This document shows positions 47,230 through 57,552 of a stretch of 64,000 bases of DNA, in pieces (positions within the stretch are counted from its first letter, which is position 1; the number at the start of each line of letters is the position of its first letter). The DNA comes from Ruminococcus sp. GTDB taxonomy: Bacteria > Bacillota > Clostridia > Oscillospirales > Acutalibacteraceae. The notes below the pieces were generated by a model. The model searched no databases and was not told the origin of the DNA. It worked only from the letters and a program-made list of their open reading frames with translations. A program made the translations under genes and the position numbers. The DNA is taken from positions 2,802 through 66,801 of the forward strand of contig JBGUPW010000032.1 of NCBI GenBank assembly GCA_045130495.1, written 5' to 3'.

Positions 47230-49286
47230 AGCAAATTGAAATTTTGGCTCCCGCAGGCGGCTTTGACAGCGTTTTGGCTGCCGTCAGGTCGGGAGCGGAC
47301 GCGGTGTATGTGGGGGAGAAGCTTTTTTCGGCGCGCGCCTCGGCTAAAAATTTTGACGCCGACGAGCTGAAAAAAGCGGTCGCTTACTGCCATATCCACG
47401 GCGTAAAAGTGTATGTTACGATAAATACGATCGTCTTTGACGAGGAATTTGACAAGCTCGCCGAGGCGATCCGCGTTGCGGCTGAGGCGGACGCTGACGC
47501 GCTTATCGTCCAGAATCAGGGTGTCGCGAGGTTGGCACGCGAAATCGCGCCTGACCTTCCGCTCCATGCCTCTACGCAAATGAGCGTTCACACCGCTTCG
47601 GGCGTGAGGGCGCTTTATGAGCTCGGCTTCAGCAGGGTGGTTCTCGCCCGCGAAATGAGCCGCAGCGAGATCAAAAGAGCCGCCGAGGTTCCCGTGGAGC
47701 TTGAGGTGTTTGTCCACGGCGCACTCTGTATGTGCGTTTCGGGTCAGTGCTATTTCAGCGCGATGCTCGGCTCGCGCAGCGGAAACAGGGGAGCCTGCGC
47801 ACAGACCTGCCGCCTTCCGTTTTCGGTAAACGGACAAAAGGGCGGTCACGCGCTCAGCTTAAGGGACAGCAGTTTGATACCGTATCTGCGTGAATTGCAG
47901 GAGATCGGCGTGACCTCTGCCAAAATCGAGGGCAGAATGAAACGCCCCGAGTACGTTTCGGCGGCGGTGAAAGCCTGCGTTGAGCAGCGTGACCTCGGAT
48001 ATGTAACCGATTCCACGTCGGAGCAGCTTCGCGGAGTTTTCTCACGGACGGGCTTTACCGACGGCTATTACACCGCGAAACGCGGCAGAGGTATGTTCGG
48101 CACGAGGACGCGCGACGACGTCACCTCGGCTGATGAAAAGCTTTTGTCGTCGATACGCGCAGGCTATAAGGACGAGATTCGGAATATTCCCGTAAGCGGC
48201 AGCTTTACCGCTAAGATGGGGGAATATCCCGTTTTGAGCTTGTCAGACGGAAAAAATACCGCAGAGGTTACGGGAGAGGTCAAGGCGGAGCCTGCCGTTA
48301 CCGTGCCGCTTACCGATGAAAAATGCCGTGAACGCTTGAGCAAAACAGGCGGATCGGCGTACAAAATAACAGAGCTTGAAACGCGGATAGATGGCGGGAT
48401 ATCTCTGCCCGCTTCCGCTTTGAACAGTCTGAGGCGCACCGCCGTTGAAAGGCTTGACGGGCTGCGCCGCACTGTGCATAATTATAAAATCAATGATATA
48501 TCGCTCTCGACGCCCGAGCCGTACCGCGCCGTGAGCTTTGAACATAGGGTCAGAGTGCCCAAAACCAAAATCAGTGAGGGCTTTAAGGAGTTTGAGCTTG
48601 TTTTCGTGCCGCTCTTTTCCGATACGCGTGAGCTTGAAAGGCTCCTGAGCGAGGGGTATAAAATCGGCGTGGAGATCCCGCGCGGAATGTTTGACCGTGA
48701 AGCTCAAATCGACAAGCAGCTTGAACGCGCCCGTGAGATCGGAGTTAAACACGCGCTCTGTCACAATATCGGGGCGCTTTGGCAGGCTAAAAAACTCGGC
48801 TTTACGCTTCACGGCGGATTCGGGCTGAACATCTGCAACACATATGACCTGCTTTGGGCTGAGGAGTACGGGCTTGAAGATACGGAGCTGAGTATTGAGC
48901 TGCGGCTCTCTCAGGTCGCCCGTTTGGGCGGAAGCATAGGCAGGGGAGTGGTGAGCTACGGCTATCTGCCGCTCATGCTGTGCCGCTGCTGCCCGGCAAA
49001 GAGCGTCGGATTGGATTGCAAATCTTGCAAAAATCAATCAAAAATGACGGATAGAAAAGGCAAGCGGTTCATGCTGAAATGCGACGGCAACTGCACCGAG
49101 GTGCTCAACTGCGTACCCCTTTATATTGCCCGGGAAGAAATTCCCAAACATTCCACATCTTTCCACATCATGCTGTTGAATGTGGAAAACTCTGTGGAAA
49201 ACGTGGAAAACATCTTGAAAACTAAAGACTTTTCAATGTTAAAAGAGGATTCCACACGCGGATTGAGCAAACGCGGTGTTGAATAG
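47226..49286 (+). CDS. U32 peptidase-family protein with DUF3656 (RlhA-like rRNA hydroxylase)
   Basis: EILAPAG, GADAVYVG, HASTQM, HGALCMCVSGQC, NRGACAQTCR, KIEGRMK. Confidence 0.85.
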   Translation: MKQIEILAPAGGFDSVLAAVRSGADAVYVGEKLFSARASAKNFDADELKKAVAYCHIHGVKVYVTINTIVFDEEFDKLAEAIRVAAEADADALIVQNQGVARLAREIAPDLPLHASTQMSVHTASGVRALYELGFSRVVLAREMSRSEIKRAAEVPVELEVFVHGALCMCVSGQCYFSAMLGSRSGNRGACAQTCRLPFSVNGQKGGHALSLRDSSLIPYLRELQEIGVTSAKIEGRMKRPEYVSAAVKACVEQRDLGYVTDSTSEQLRGVFSRTGFTDGYYTAKRGRGMFGTRTRDDVTSADEKLLSSIRAGYKDEIRNIPVSGSFTAKMGEYPVLSLSDGKNTAEVTGEVKAEPAVTVPLTDEKCRERLSKTGGSAYKITELETRIDGGISLPASALNSLRRTAVERLDGLRRTVHNYKINDISLSTPEPYRAVSFEHRVRVPKTKISEGFKEFELVFVPLFSDTRELERLLSEGYKIGVEIPRGMFDREAQIDKQLERAREIGVKHALCHNIGALWQAKKLGFTLHGGFGLNICNTYDLLWAEEYGLEDTELSIELRLSQVARLGGSIGRGVVSYGYLPLMLCRCCPAKSVGLDCKSCKNQSKMTDRKGKRFMLKCDGNCTEVLNCVPLYIAREEIPKHSTSFHIMLLNVENSVENVENILKTKDFSMLKEDSTRGLSKRGVE
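49149..49256. promoter_or_regulatory. Cluster of DnaA-box-like 9-mers
   Basis: TGTGGAAAA at 49181 and 49193 (reverse complement TTTTCCACA fits TTWTNCACA). Near-matches at 49149, 49159, 49202 and 49248. Confidence 0.55.
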
Positions 49287-49444
49287 ATACTTTATCACAC
49301 TAAAACGGATAATTTTTCATATTGGAAAAATACAAATTTCTCGCTTGGAATTATAGCGGAATTAATATTCCGAACGATAATTTCTCTTGAGAATTATAAA
49401 AAAGAAAATAAAAAAATCCTGCAAAATCAGAAAAAAATGAAGGA

Positions 49445-49903
49445 ATGAAAAGAATGGAGAATATACAGCTCAAAATAAAAAGACTGAAAGCCGACGCGAA
49501 AATCCCGGGCAGAGCAACGGACGGCTCGGCGGGCATGGATCTGTACGCCTGTATTCCGCAGAGCGTCACACTCGCACCCGGCGGGCTCGCGCTGATTCCC
49601 ACGGGAATAGCTATCGAGTTGCCCGGCAACAACTGCGCGGCGTTTTTGTACGCGAGGAGCGGACTCGGCGTTAAGCACGGCATTTGCCTTTCAAACGGGG
49701 TCGGGGTCATCGACAGCGACTACCGCGGCGAGATCTGCGTCGGTCTTTGCAACGTTTCCGATAAACCGTATGTGATCGAGCCGAACGAGCGTGTGGCGCA
49801 AATGGTCATCGCCCCCGTGCTCATTCCCGAGGTCGTTGAAGTCGCGGAGTTGGGCGACACCGAGCGCGGCGCAGGCGGCTTTGGTTCAACGGGGAAAAAG
49901 TGA
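49445..49903 (+). CDS. dut: dUTP diphosphatase
   Basis: SAGMDL, ARSGL, GVIDSDYRGEI, ERGAGGFGSTG. Confidence 0.97.
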   Translation: MKRMENIQLKIKRLKADAKIPGRATDGSAGMDLYACIPQSVTLAPGGLALIPTGIAIELPGNNCAAFLYARSGLGVKHGICLSNGVGVIDSDYRGEICVGLCNVSDKPYVIEPNERVAQMVIAPVLIPEVVEVAELGDTERGAGGFGSTGKK

Positions 49904-49904
49904 T

Positions 49905-50002
49905 CGCGCCGGCTGAGCCGGCAATCATTCCGCGCTTCAAACGTTTGACATTAACTTGACCGGTATTCCCGCGTTTTGACGCGCCGTTAATGAAAGGTTT
50001 TT
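49905..50002 (-). repeat. REP-like repeat unit, reverse orientation
   Basis: Reverse complement aligns over ~100 bp with 21058-21155. Confidence 0.8.
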
Positions 50003-50124
50003 ATTATATCAGCTTTTTCAAAAGGCGCCGAAAGCGCCCACCGGCGCCCGACAAAATTCGGTTGAATTTAATTTGGATTACGGGTATCATATAATAATCA
50101 GAGGAGCATAAAGGAGCCGAAAGA

Positions 50125-51138
50125 ATGTTTTCATTTTCAAAAGATATAGGAATAGATCTTGGCACTGCAAACACTCTTGTTTGTTTAAAGGGAAAAGGAA
50201 TAATCCTGCGTGAGCCGTCGGTCGTCGCGGTCGATATCCGCACCGATACCGTGCTCGCGGTGGGTTCGCAGGCGAAGGACATGATCGGCAGAACGCCCGG
50301 GTCGATCGTCGCGGTTCGTCCGCTCAAGGACGGCGTGATCGCCGATTTCAAAATAACCGCAAAAATGCTGCAATACTTTATCCGAAAGTCAGTAAAGCCC
50401 GGCGTTTTCAGCAAGCCCCGCGTTATAATCTGTATGCCCACAGGCGTAACCGAGGTCGAGCGCAAGGCGGTTGAGGACGCGGCTTATCAGGCGGGCGCAA
50501 AGCCTCCCGTAATACTTATCGAGGAGCCGATGGCGGCTGCGATAGGCGCGGGTCTGCCCGTTGACGAGCCAACCGGAAGCATGGTCGTTGATATCGGCGG
50601 CGGCACAAGCGAGGTTGCCGTGATATCGCTCGGCGACATCGTCACCGCCTGCTCGGCGCGCGTCGCAGGCGACCGCTTTGACGAGGCGATCCTCACTTAT
50701 ATCAAAAAGAATTACAATCTTCTTGTGGGAGAGCGCACCGCCGAGGACATCAAAATCAAAATCGGTTCGGCGTATCCCTATGAAAATGAAAAATCAATGG
50801 TAGTCAAGGGCAGAAATCTTATAGACGGTCTGCCGAAGGATATCACAATAACCGCGGCGGAGGTGCGAGAGGCGCTCACCGAACCGCTCAACACCATTGT
50901 AGAGGCTATAAAAACCACGCTCGAAAAGACGCCTCCCGAGCTTTCGGCTGATATCATCGACCACGGTATCATGCTCACGGGCGGCGGCGCACTGCTCAGG
51001 GGAATTGATATGCTCGTTATGCAGCAGACGGGAATGCCCGTCCACATCGCCGAGCGTCCCCTCGACTGCGTTGTTGACGGCGCGGGCAAGCGTTTGGGCA
51101 GAGTGACCGCGAGCAAATATAAGCACAACAGAAGCTGA
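50125..51138 (+). CDS. mreB: Rod shape-determining protein MreB
   Basis: [39 protein letters not shown]. Confidence 0.96.
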   Translation: MFSFSKDIGIDLGTANTLVCLKGKGIILREPSVVAVDIRTDTVLAVGSQAKDMIGRTPGSIVAVRPLKDGVIADFKITAKMLQYFIRKSVKPGVFSKPRVIICMPTGVTEVERKAVEDAAYQAGAKPPVILIEEPMAAAIGAGLPVDEPTGSMVVDIGGGTSEVAVISLGDIVTACSARVAGDRFDEAILTYIKKNYNLLVGERTAEDIKIKIGSAYPYENEKSMVVKGRNLIDGLPKDITITAAEVREALTEPLNTIVEAIKTTLEKTPPELSADIIDHGIMLTGGGALLRGIDMLVMQQTGMPVHIAERPLDCVVDGAGKRLGRVTASKYKHNRS

Positions 51139-51142
51139 AGCC

Positions 51143-51985
51143 ATGAGAAAGCGTAGAAACAAAAATAAAAGCTTAAAGATCCTTGTAATCACGCTCATCG
51201 TGCTGACAGTGCTCGGCGTTTTGTCGCAGGCGGAAAACTCGCTCGTTTCAAGCGGCATCAACCTTGTTTCAAAAGGGCTGTTTCAGTTAAGCGCGGCGGC
51301 GACCGAGGGAATAGGCTCGCCGAGCAGCGAGGAGCTTGCCGCCGAGGTCGAAAGCCTGAGAAAAGAAAACGCGGAGCTGCGCCGTCAGCTTGCCGATTAC
51401 AGCGATATAAAGGCGGAAAACGAAAAGCTTTGGAAATATTATGAGCTGAAAAAGACGAACCCGTCATATCAGATAGTGCCCGCGAACGTCATAAGGCGCG
51501 ACTCGAACGACGATTTTTACTCTTTCACCCTCGACGCGGGAACAGCCGTTGGCGTTTCGGTCAACGCGCCTGTAATAACCGACAACGGTTTGGTAGGCTG
51601 GGTCTGTCAGGCTGACGCCGCGAGCTGCAAGGTCAAGACGATCCTTTCTCCCGACACAAAGGCGGGAGTTCAGGACAAGCAGACGGGCGACAGCGGGATA
51701 CTCAGCGGCAGCGTGTCGCTGAGCGACCAAAACCTTGCGAGCATGAACAAGCTTGCCGAGGATCACAAAATAAAGGTCGGCGATATGATCGTCACCTCGG
51801 GAACAGGCGGAGTTTATCCCACTGGTCTGCTTGTGGGCGAGGTGCAGTCGATCGAGTTCAACAAATACGACGCTTCGCGCTGCGCCGTGATAAAGCCTTA
51901 TGAGGACGTGCGCTCGATCACGTCGGCGGCGGTCATCACAGGCTTTGACACTAAGGGCAAGGTGGTTAAAACCGATGAAAAGTAG
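51143..51985 (+). CDS. mreC: Rod shape-determining protein MreC
   Basis: TM plus coiled coil (ENAELR), GLVG, TSGTGGVYP.GL.VG. Confidence 0.9.
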   Translation: MRKRRNKNKSLKILVITLIVLTVLGVLSQAENSLVSSGINLVSKGLFQLSAAATEGIGSPSSEELAAEVESLRKENAELRRQLADYSDIKAENEKLWKYYELKKTNPSYQIVPANVIRRDSNDDFYSFTLDAGTAVGVSVNAPVITDNGLVGWVCQADAASCKVKTILSPDTKAGVQDKQTGDSGILSGSVSLSDQNLASMNKLAEDHKIKVGDMIVTSGTGGVYPTGLLVGEVQSIEFNKYDASRCAVIKPYEDVRSITSAAVITGFDTKGKVVKTDEK

Positions 51986-52478
51986 CCGCGCGTTTTTTCG
52001 GTATCTCGCTTTTTCGGTTGAGATACTGATGCTGTGGGTGCTCCAAAGCACGCCTAAGCTTATGCCTGAATTTTTCGGCGCAAAGCCGTTTTTGCTGCTT
52101 GCCGCCGCGCTTTCCTTTTCGGTTTGCTGCGAGGTTTCACCGTCGATCATCTTGGGCGCGGTGTGCGGAGTTTTAGCCGATATTTCATCGGGAGGCACGG
52201 TGGGCTTTTTCTCGGTGGCGATCACCTTGGTCTGCTTCGCACAGGCGACGCTTCTTGATACATATATCAACCGCAATTTCCTGTCGTGCTCGGTATTGTC
52301 GATCGGCTCGACAGCGGCGGTGATTTTTATTTATTTTCTTTTATTCAGACTGTTTGCGGGTGTGCCCGACTGCGGCGCGTTGTTTTTCGAGCGTTATCTG
52401 CCGAGGGCAGCATATACCGCGATTTCATTTTTCCCGTTGTATTTGTTGAACAGCTTTGTCGTGAGGAAGCTTAATTGA
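51975..52478 (+). CDS. mreD: Rod shape-determining protein MreD
   Basis: Hydrophobic ~167 aa with G.LADI motif, overlapping the mreC stop. Confidence 0.75.
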   Translation: MKSSRAFFRYLAFSVEILMLWVLQSTPKLMPEFFGAKPFLLLAAALSFSVCCEVSPSIILGAVCGVLADISSGGTVGFFSVAITLVCFAQATLLDTYINRNFLSCSVLSIGSTAAVIFIYFLLFRLFAGVPDCGALFFERYLPRAAYTAISFFPLYLLNSFVVRKLN

Positions 52479-52638
52479 TGACTATTGATTTGAGGGAACC
52501 TCTAAAAATTCCCTTGTTTGAGGGAACCTCAAAAGCTCCCTTGAGACTCCCTAATACCAAAGCTGTTGGCAGGGGTGTATTGCACATCTGTTAACGGAAA
52601 ATACAATTTTTGATTATCGCTCAAAGGAGTGAACGGAT

Positions 52639-54648
52639 TTGAAAAATAAGCTGCGCGGCAAGCTGCCTTTTACCGTGTGCGCCGTTATCGCACTGATAGC
52701 GGCGACGGTATTTGTCGCCCGTCTTGTTGACTGGCAGCTGATTCACGGCGCGGAATACAAGCGCCTTTCCACACGCTCCACAGGCTACAGCGTTGAAACT
52801 GAGCCTACGCGCGGAGAAATACTCGACCGCAGAGGAGTGGGGCTTGTCACAAATGTGACTCATTACAAAATAGTGATCGACAAGCTTTACGCCGACGAGA
52901 GCAACCTCGACAACACGCTTCTCGGTCTTATGGGGCTGCTGCAAATGTCGGGCGACAAATGGGACGACGCGCTGCCCGTCACTTACTCCGACGGCGTTTA
53001 CAGCTTTAAAGCCGATTCCGCCGACGAGGTGCAAAAGCTCAGAGAAGCTTTGGAGCTCGAAGCCGACGCTCCGGTTGAAGAATGTGTCGGAGTTCTTTAC
53101 GGAAAATATCAGCCCGACGAAGGGCTTGACGAGTCGCAGCGGCTCGCTCTCGCCTCGGTTCACTACAATATGGAACAGAGCGGATATTCAAAATCAAAGC
53201 CCTACACATTCGCGTCGGACGTCAGCAGAAGCGCGGTCAGCGCGGTCAGCGAGAACACTCAGGGCGTCGGCGGCGTGGATGTGCAGACATATCTTGTGCG
53301 CGAGGCAAAGAACCCGACCTTGGCGCCGCACGTTCTCGGAGCCTTGGGAGCTATTACCGAGGAGGAGTACGAGGAGCTTTCAAACGGCGTCAAGAGCTAT
53401 ACGATAAACGACGAGGTCGGAAAATTCGGGATCGAGGCGGCGTATGAGGACGAGCTGAAGGGCGAGGGCGGAACAAAAATAATCCAGAGAAACGCAGACG
53501 GCGCCATCGTTGACACCGTTGAAACGATCGACTCAAAGCCCGGCAACACGGTTTATCTCACGCTCGACAGCAAGCTGCAGCAGATCGCCGTGACCTCGCT
53601 CGAAAAGAATATCAAGGACGCTCAGGCTGAGGGCAAAGCCGAGAGCGAGGAAAAGGGCAAGAAGCTTTTGGGCGAGGACTGCACAAGCGGCGCGGTGGTA
53701 ATGCTCGACGTCAGCGACTTTTCGGTATTGGCGGCGGCGAGTTATCCGACTTATGACCTGAACCAATACAGCAAATACGGCGACTATTACACAAAGCTTG
53801 CGAACGATAAAACCTCACCCATGTACAACCGCGCTTTTTCGGGCACCTTTGCCTGCGGCTCGGTGTTCAAGCCCTGCGTTGCTATGGCGGCGCTTGAGGA
53901 AAAAATCATAAAGCCCACAACAAAATTTTACTGCACCAAAAAATACGACTACTATCCCTCGAACGTGGTGGAGTGTATGCACCGCCATGAGGATACCGAT
54001 TTAAAGGGCGCGCTCACGCAGTCGTGCAACTACTATTTTGCCGAAACGGGCAGACTGCTCGGAATCGACACGATGTATCTGTACGCTCAAAAATTAGGCT
54101 TGGGAGAATATACGGGTCTGGAGATCGAGGAGTCAAAGGGAACCTTGGCGGGGCGCGACAGCCTTAACTGGATGCCGGGCAACACGGTTCAGGCGGCTAT
54201 CGGTCAGTCTGACAACTCCTTCACCCCCGTTCAGCTTGCGACATACACCGCGACGATAGCCAACGACGGCGTCAGGCTGCAAACCCACATCGTAAGCAAA
54301 ATAACCGACTATGAGCGCAAAACCACGCTTTCGGAGTATTCGGAGCCGAAGAAGATAGACGAGTGCGGCGTGTCGGAAAAGAATCTGAAAACCGTTCAGG
54401 AGGATATGCTCGCCGTTTCGCTTGAGGAAGACGGAACCGCTTACCCGATTTTCGGAAATTATAGGATCAAGGTCGCGTCAAAAACCGGTACAGCCGAAAA
54501 CTCGGGCTCCGACCACACGACATTTATCTGCTACGCGCCTTATGACAAGCCGAAGGTCGCCATAGCGGTTGTTATCGAGCACGGAGTTAAGGGAACGTAC
54601 TCCATGCAGGTGGCAAAAGACCTGCTCGACGGATATTTTAAGCGATAA
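52639..54648 (+). CDS. mrdA: Penicillin-binding protein 2 (class B)
   Basis: RGEILDR, GKFGIE, SVFK, SCN, KTGT. Confidence 0.88.
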   Translation: MKNKLRGKLPFTVCAVIALIAATVFVARLVDWQLIHGAEYKRLSTRSTGYSVETEPTRGEILDRRGVGLVTNVTHYKIVIDKLYADESNLDNTLLGLMGLLQMSGDKWDDALPVTYSDGVYSFKADSADEVQKLREALELEADAPVEECVGVLYGKYQPDEGLDESQRLALASVHYNMEQSGYSKSKPYTFASDVSRSAVSAVSENTQGVGGVDVQTYLVREAKNPTLAPHVLGALGAITEEEYEELSNGVKSYTINDEVGKFGIEAAYEDELKGEGGTKIIQRNADGAIVDTVETIDSKPGNTVYLTLDSKLQQIAVTSLEKNIKDAQAEGKAESEEKGKKLLGEDCTSGAVVMLDVSDFSVLAAASYPTYDLNQYSKYGDYYTKLANDKTSPMYNRAFSGTFACGSVFKPCVAMAALEEKIIKPTTKFYCTKKYDYYPSNVVECMHRHEDTDLKGALTQSCNYYFAETGRLLGIDTMYLYAQKLGLGEYTGLEIEESKGTLAGRDSLNWMPGNTVQAAIGQSDNSFTPVQLATYTATIANDGVRLQTHIVSKITDYERKTTLSEYSEPKKIDECGVSEKNLKTVQEDMLAVSLEEDGTAYPIFGNYRIKVASKTGTAENSGSDHTTFICYAPYDKPKVAIAVVIEHGVKGTYSMQVAKDLLDGYFKR

Positions 54649-54765
54649 AATGCATATCTTGGGCGTTATTACTAAAATAATTAATAAAATTTTGGATGAT
54701 AAAACTGCGAATTTTTATTGCATTTTACAAAAATTTGTGTTAATATGTTTTAGAGGTAGTATAAT

Positions 54766-55503
54766 ATGGACAATGTAATCGTTGTTGCTTCCGGAAAAGG
54801 CGGCACGGGAAAATCAACCGTGTGCATCTGTCTGTCCGTTGCGCTTGTCAAACTCGGAAAAAAAGTGCTGCTTATCGACTCCGACTGCGGTATGCGCGGT
54901 CTTGATATCATGCTTGATATTGAGCAGGATATCCTGTTTGACGCTTCGGACGCGGTTTGCGGAAATTGCAGCTTCGGCGAGGCTGTTTATAAAAGCCGCC
55001 ACAACAAAAACCTCTTTTTGATGGCTGCTCCCTTTGATGCGGAGAATGAGCTGAGCCCGTCGGTTTTCAGGCAGCTCGTTGACTCGGTAAAAAACAGCTT
55101 TGACTATGTTATCATCGACTCGCCTGCGGGTATCAACTCGGGCTTTGTCACCGCTGCGGCTCCCGCAGACAAGGCGCTTATCGTCACCAACGCCGAGCCT
55201 ACAAGCGTGCGCGGAGGACTGAAGGTGCGCAAAAAGCTTGAGGCGCTGGGCGTGAAAAATATGCGGCTGGTAATCAACCGCTTTGATAAAAAAATGTTTA
55301 GAAAACTTGGATTTTACGAGGATTTGGACGCGGTTATCGACGCGGCGCAGACACAGCTTATCGCGCTTGTGCCGTTTTCGATCGATATCTCCGTTATTAT
55401 GCAGCGCGGCGCGGCGGGCTTGGACAAAAGCACAGCGCTTGAGGTGTTTGACCGTCTTGCCGAAAGGCTTGAGGGCAGACGCGTGCCGCTTATGATTGGC
55501 TGA
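54766..55503 (+). CDS. minD: MinD-like ATPase
   Basis: SGKGGTGKST, DSDCGMRGLD, IDSPAGI. Confidence 0.8.
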   Translation: MDNVIVVASGKGGTGKSTVCICLSVALVKLGKKVLLIDSDCGMRGLDIMLDIEQDILFDASDAVCGNCSFGEAVYKSRHNKNLFLMAAPFDAENELSPSVFRQLVDSVKNSFDYVIIDSPAGINSGFVTAAAPADKALIVTNAEPTSVRGGLKVRKKLEALGVKNMRLVINRFDKKMFRKLGFYEDLDAVIDAAQTQLIALVPFSIDISVIMQRGAAGLDKSTALEVFDRLAERLEGRRVPLMIG

Positions 55504-55550
55504 CAACCGTGTTGGAATTGATATAATGTGATTTGTTTGGAGGAATGAGT

Positions 55551-55946
55551 ATGAATATCGCTTTGATTGCGCACGACGAGAAAAAAGAGTTGATGGTGCA
55601 GTTCTGTATTGCTTACTGCGGCGTTCTCAGCCGCAACAATCTTTGCGCCACAGGCACGACCGGAAAGCTTGTATCCGAGGCGACCGGTCTTTCCATACAG
55701 AAATTCCTTTCGGGCGCTCAGGGCGGAAGCCAGCAGATCGCGGCGCGTATAGCCTGCAACGAAATTGATATGCTGCTGTTCTTCCGCGATCCGCTTAACC
55801 AAAAGCCGAACGAGGCGAACGATATGGATATGCTGCGCCTGTGTGATATGCACAATATCCCCGTTGCTACAAATATAGCTACAGCCGAGGTGCTTATCCA
55901 CGGGCTGGAACGCGGCGATCTGGATTGGAGAAACATTATTAAGTAA
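55551..55946 (+). CDS. mgsA: Methylglyoxal synthase
   Basis: [34 protein letters not shown]. Confidence 0.93.
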   Translation: MNIALIAHDEKKELMVQFCIAYCGVLSRNNLCATGTTGKLVSEATGLSIQKFLSGAQGGSQQIAARIACNEIDMLLFFRDPLNQKPNEANDMDMLRLCDMHNIPVATNIATAEVLIHGLERGDLDWRNIIK

Positions 55947-56169
55947 AGGGAACCTTAAAGTAAAGGGAACCTCAAAAATTTCCTAAAAAGCAGTTTTGTG
56001 AAAAGCGTCGGCGGTTGCCGGCGTTTTTTATAATAGTCAACACGTATAATAGTCGACAAGTATGCAGCTTCAGGCTATCAACAGGCAGCCGGCAGCTAAT
56101 TTTTTCCTTGCGTATTTTAAAATGTTGATGTATAATACGAATGTATACGCAAAAACGGAGGAATTAAAA

Positions 56170-57513
56170 ATGGCTTTGATAACTAAAAAGATTAAAGGAA
56201 CCGAAGATGTTCTGCCTTCGCAGAGCTATCGCTGGCAGTTCATTGAAAATATAATGCGCGAGGAAAGCGCCGCTTACGGCTTCCGCGAGATTCGCACTCC
56301 CGTGTTTGAGCACACCGAGCTTTTTGCGCGCGGCGTGGGACAGACCACCGACGTTGTGCAGAAGGAGATGTACACCTTTGACACAAAGGGCGGCGAAAGC
56401 GTGACTCTGCGCCCCGAGGGTACGGCGGGCGCGGCTCGCGCCGTCATTGAGCACGCTCTTGAAAACGAGGGTCTGCCGATCAAGGCGAGCTATTTTGTGT
56501 CATGCTACCGCTATGAAAAACCGCAGGCGGGAAGGCTCAGAGAGTTTCACCAGTTCGGCGTCGAGGAGTACGGCACGCAGTCGCCCGTAGCCGACGCGGA
56601 AATAATCTGCCTCGCTCAGTCGATAATCAAAAGGCTTGATATTGACGGCGTGCGCCTTGAGTTGAACTCGATCGGCTGTCCCGAATGCCGCGCCAAATAC
56701 AATCAGGCGCTTTGCGATTATTATTCTCAGTTCAAGGACAGACTTTGCGCGACCTGTTTATCGCGCCTTGAAAAAAATCCCATGCGCCTGCTCGACTGCA
56801 AAAGCCCTCAGGACAAGGAGCTTGCGGAGAACGCACCAAAAATCACGGACTATCTCTGCGAGGAGTGCGAAACACACTTTAAAGAGGTGCAGAGCTACCT
56901 CGACTGCGCGGGAGTGGATTACATTATAAATCCGTATATCGTCCGCGGACTTGACTACTACACCAAAACCGTGTTCGAGTTCGTAACCGACTGCATCGGC
57001 GCGCAGGGTACCGTGTGCGCCGGAGGAAGATACGACGGACTTATCGAGGAGTTGGGCGGCAGGCACCTGCCCTCTCTCGGCTTCGCCATGGGGCTTGAGC
57101 GTACTCTTCTGGTTATGGACGCTCAGGACATTGAGATCCCCAAGCCAATGCCCTGCGCCCTTTATATCGCGACAATGGGCGACGCGGCAAAGAAAAAGGC
57201 GTTTTCGGTTTTGAAGGAGGTTCGCGAGTTCGGGCTTACCGCCGAAACCGACGTTGTCGGCAGAGGTCTGCGTGCCCAAATGAAGTACGCCGACAAAATC
57301 GGCGCGAAGTTCTCAATGGTATTGGGCGACAACGAGATAGCCGAAAACAAGGTCAAGGTCAAGGACATGGAGAGCGGCAAGCAGACCGAGCTTGCGCTTG
57401 ACGAAACCTTTGCCGGAGAGTTTTCCGATCTGTTTTTGGTCAGCAACGAGTCGTTCGGAGACATCAAGGATTTCGCGGCTCAGTTTTCGGGCTTATTCGA
57501 TTCGCTTTCGTAA
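56170..57513 (+). CDS. hisS: Histidine--tRNA ligase
   Basis: LRPEGTA, RYEKPQAGRLREFHQ, VRGLDYY, GGRYDGL. Confidence 0.97.
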   Translation: MALITKKIKGTEDVLPSQSYRWQFIENIMREESAAYGFREIRTPVFEHTELFARGVGQTTDVVQKEMYTFDTKGGESVTLRPEGTAGAARAVIEHALENEGLPIKASYFVSCYRYEKPQAGRLREFHQFGVEEYGTQSPVADAEIICLAQSIIKRLDIDGVRLELNSIGCPECRAKYNQALCDYYSQFKDRLCATCLSRLEKNPMRLLDCKSPQDKELAENAPKITDYLCEECETHFKEVQSYLDCAGVDYIINPYIVRGLDYYTKTVFEFVTDCIGAQGTVCAGGRYDGLIEELGGRHLPSLGFAMGLERTLLVMDAQDIEIPKPMPCALYIATMGDAAKKKAFSVLKEVREFGLTAETDVVGRGLRAQMKYADKIGAKFSMVLGDNEIAENKVKVKDMESGKQTELALDETFAGEFSDLFLVSNESFGDIKDFAAQFSGLFDSLS

Positions 57514-57552
57514 TGACGGGACGCACAAACATACAGCAGAGGAGTTAGAAAA

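Noticed and set aside
55950-56169. T-box leader before hisS-aspS
   Set aside because: No GGTGGNACCGCG T-box, and a promoter-like TTGCGT...TATAAT lies close to the start codon.
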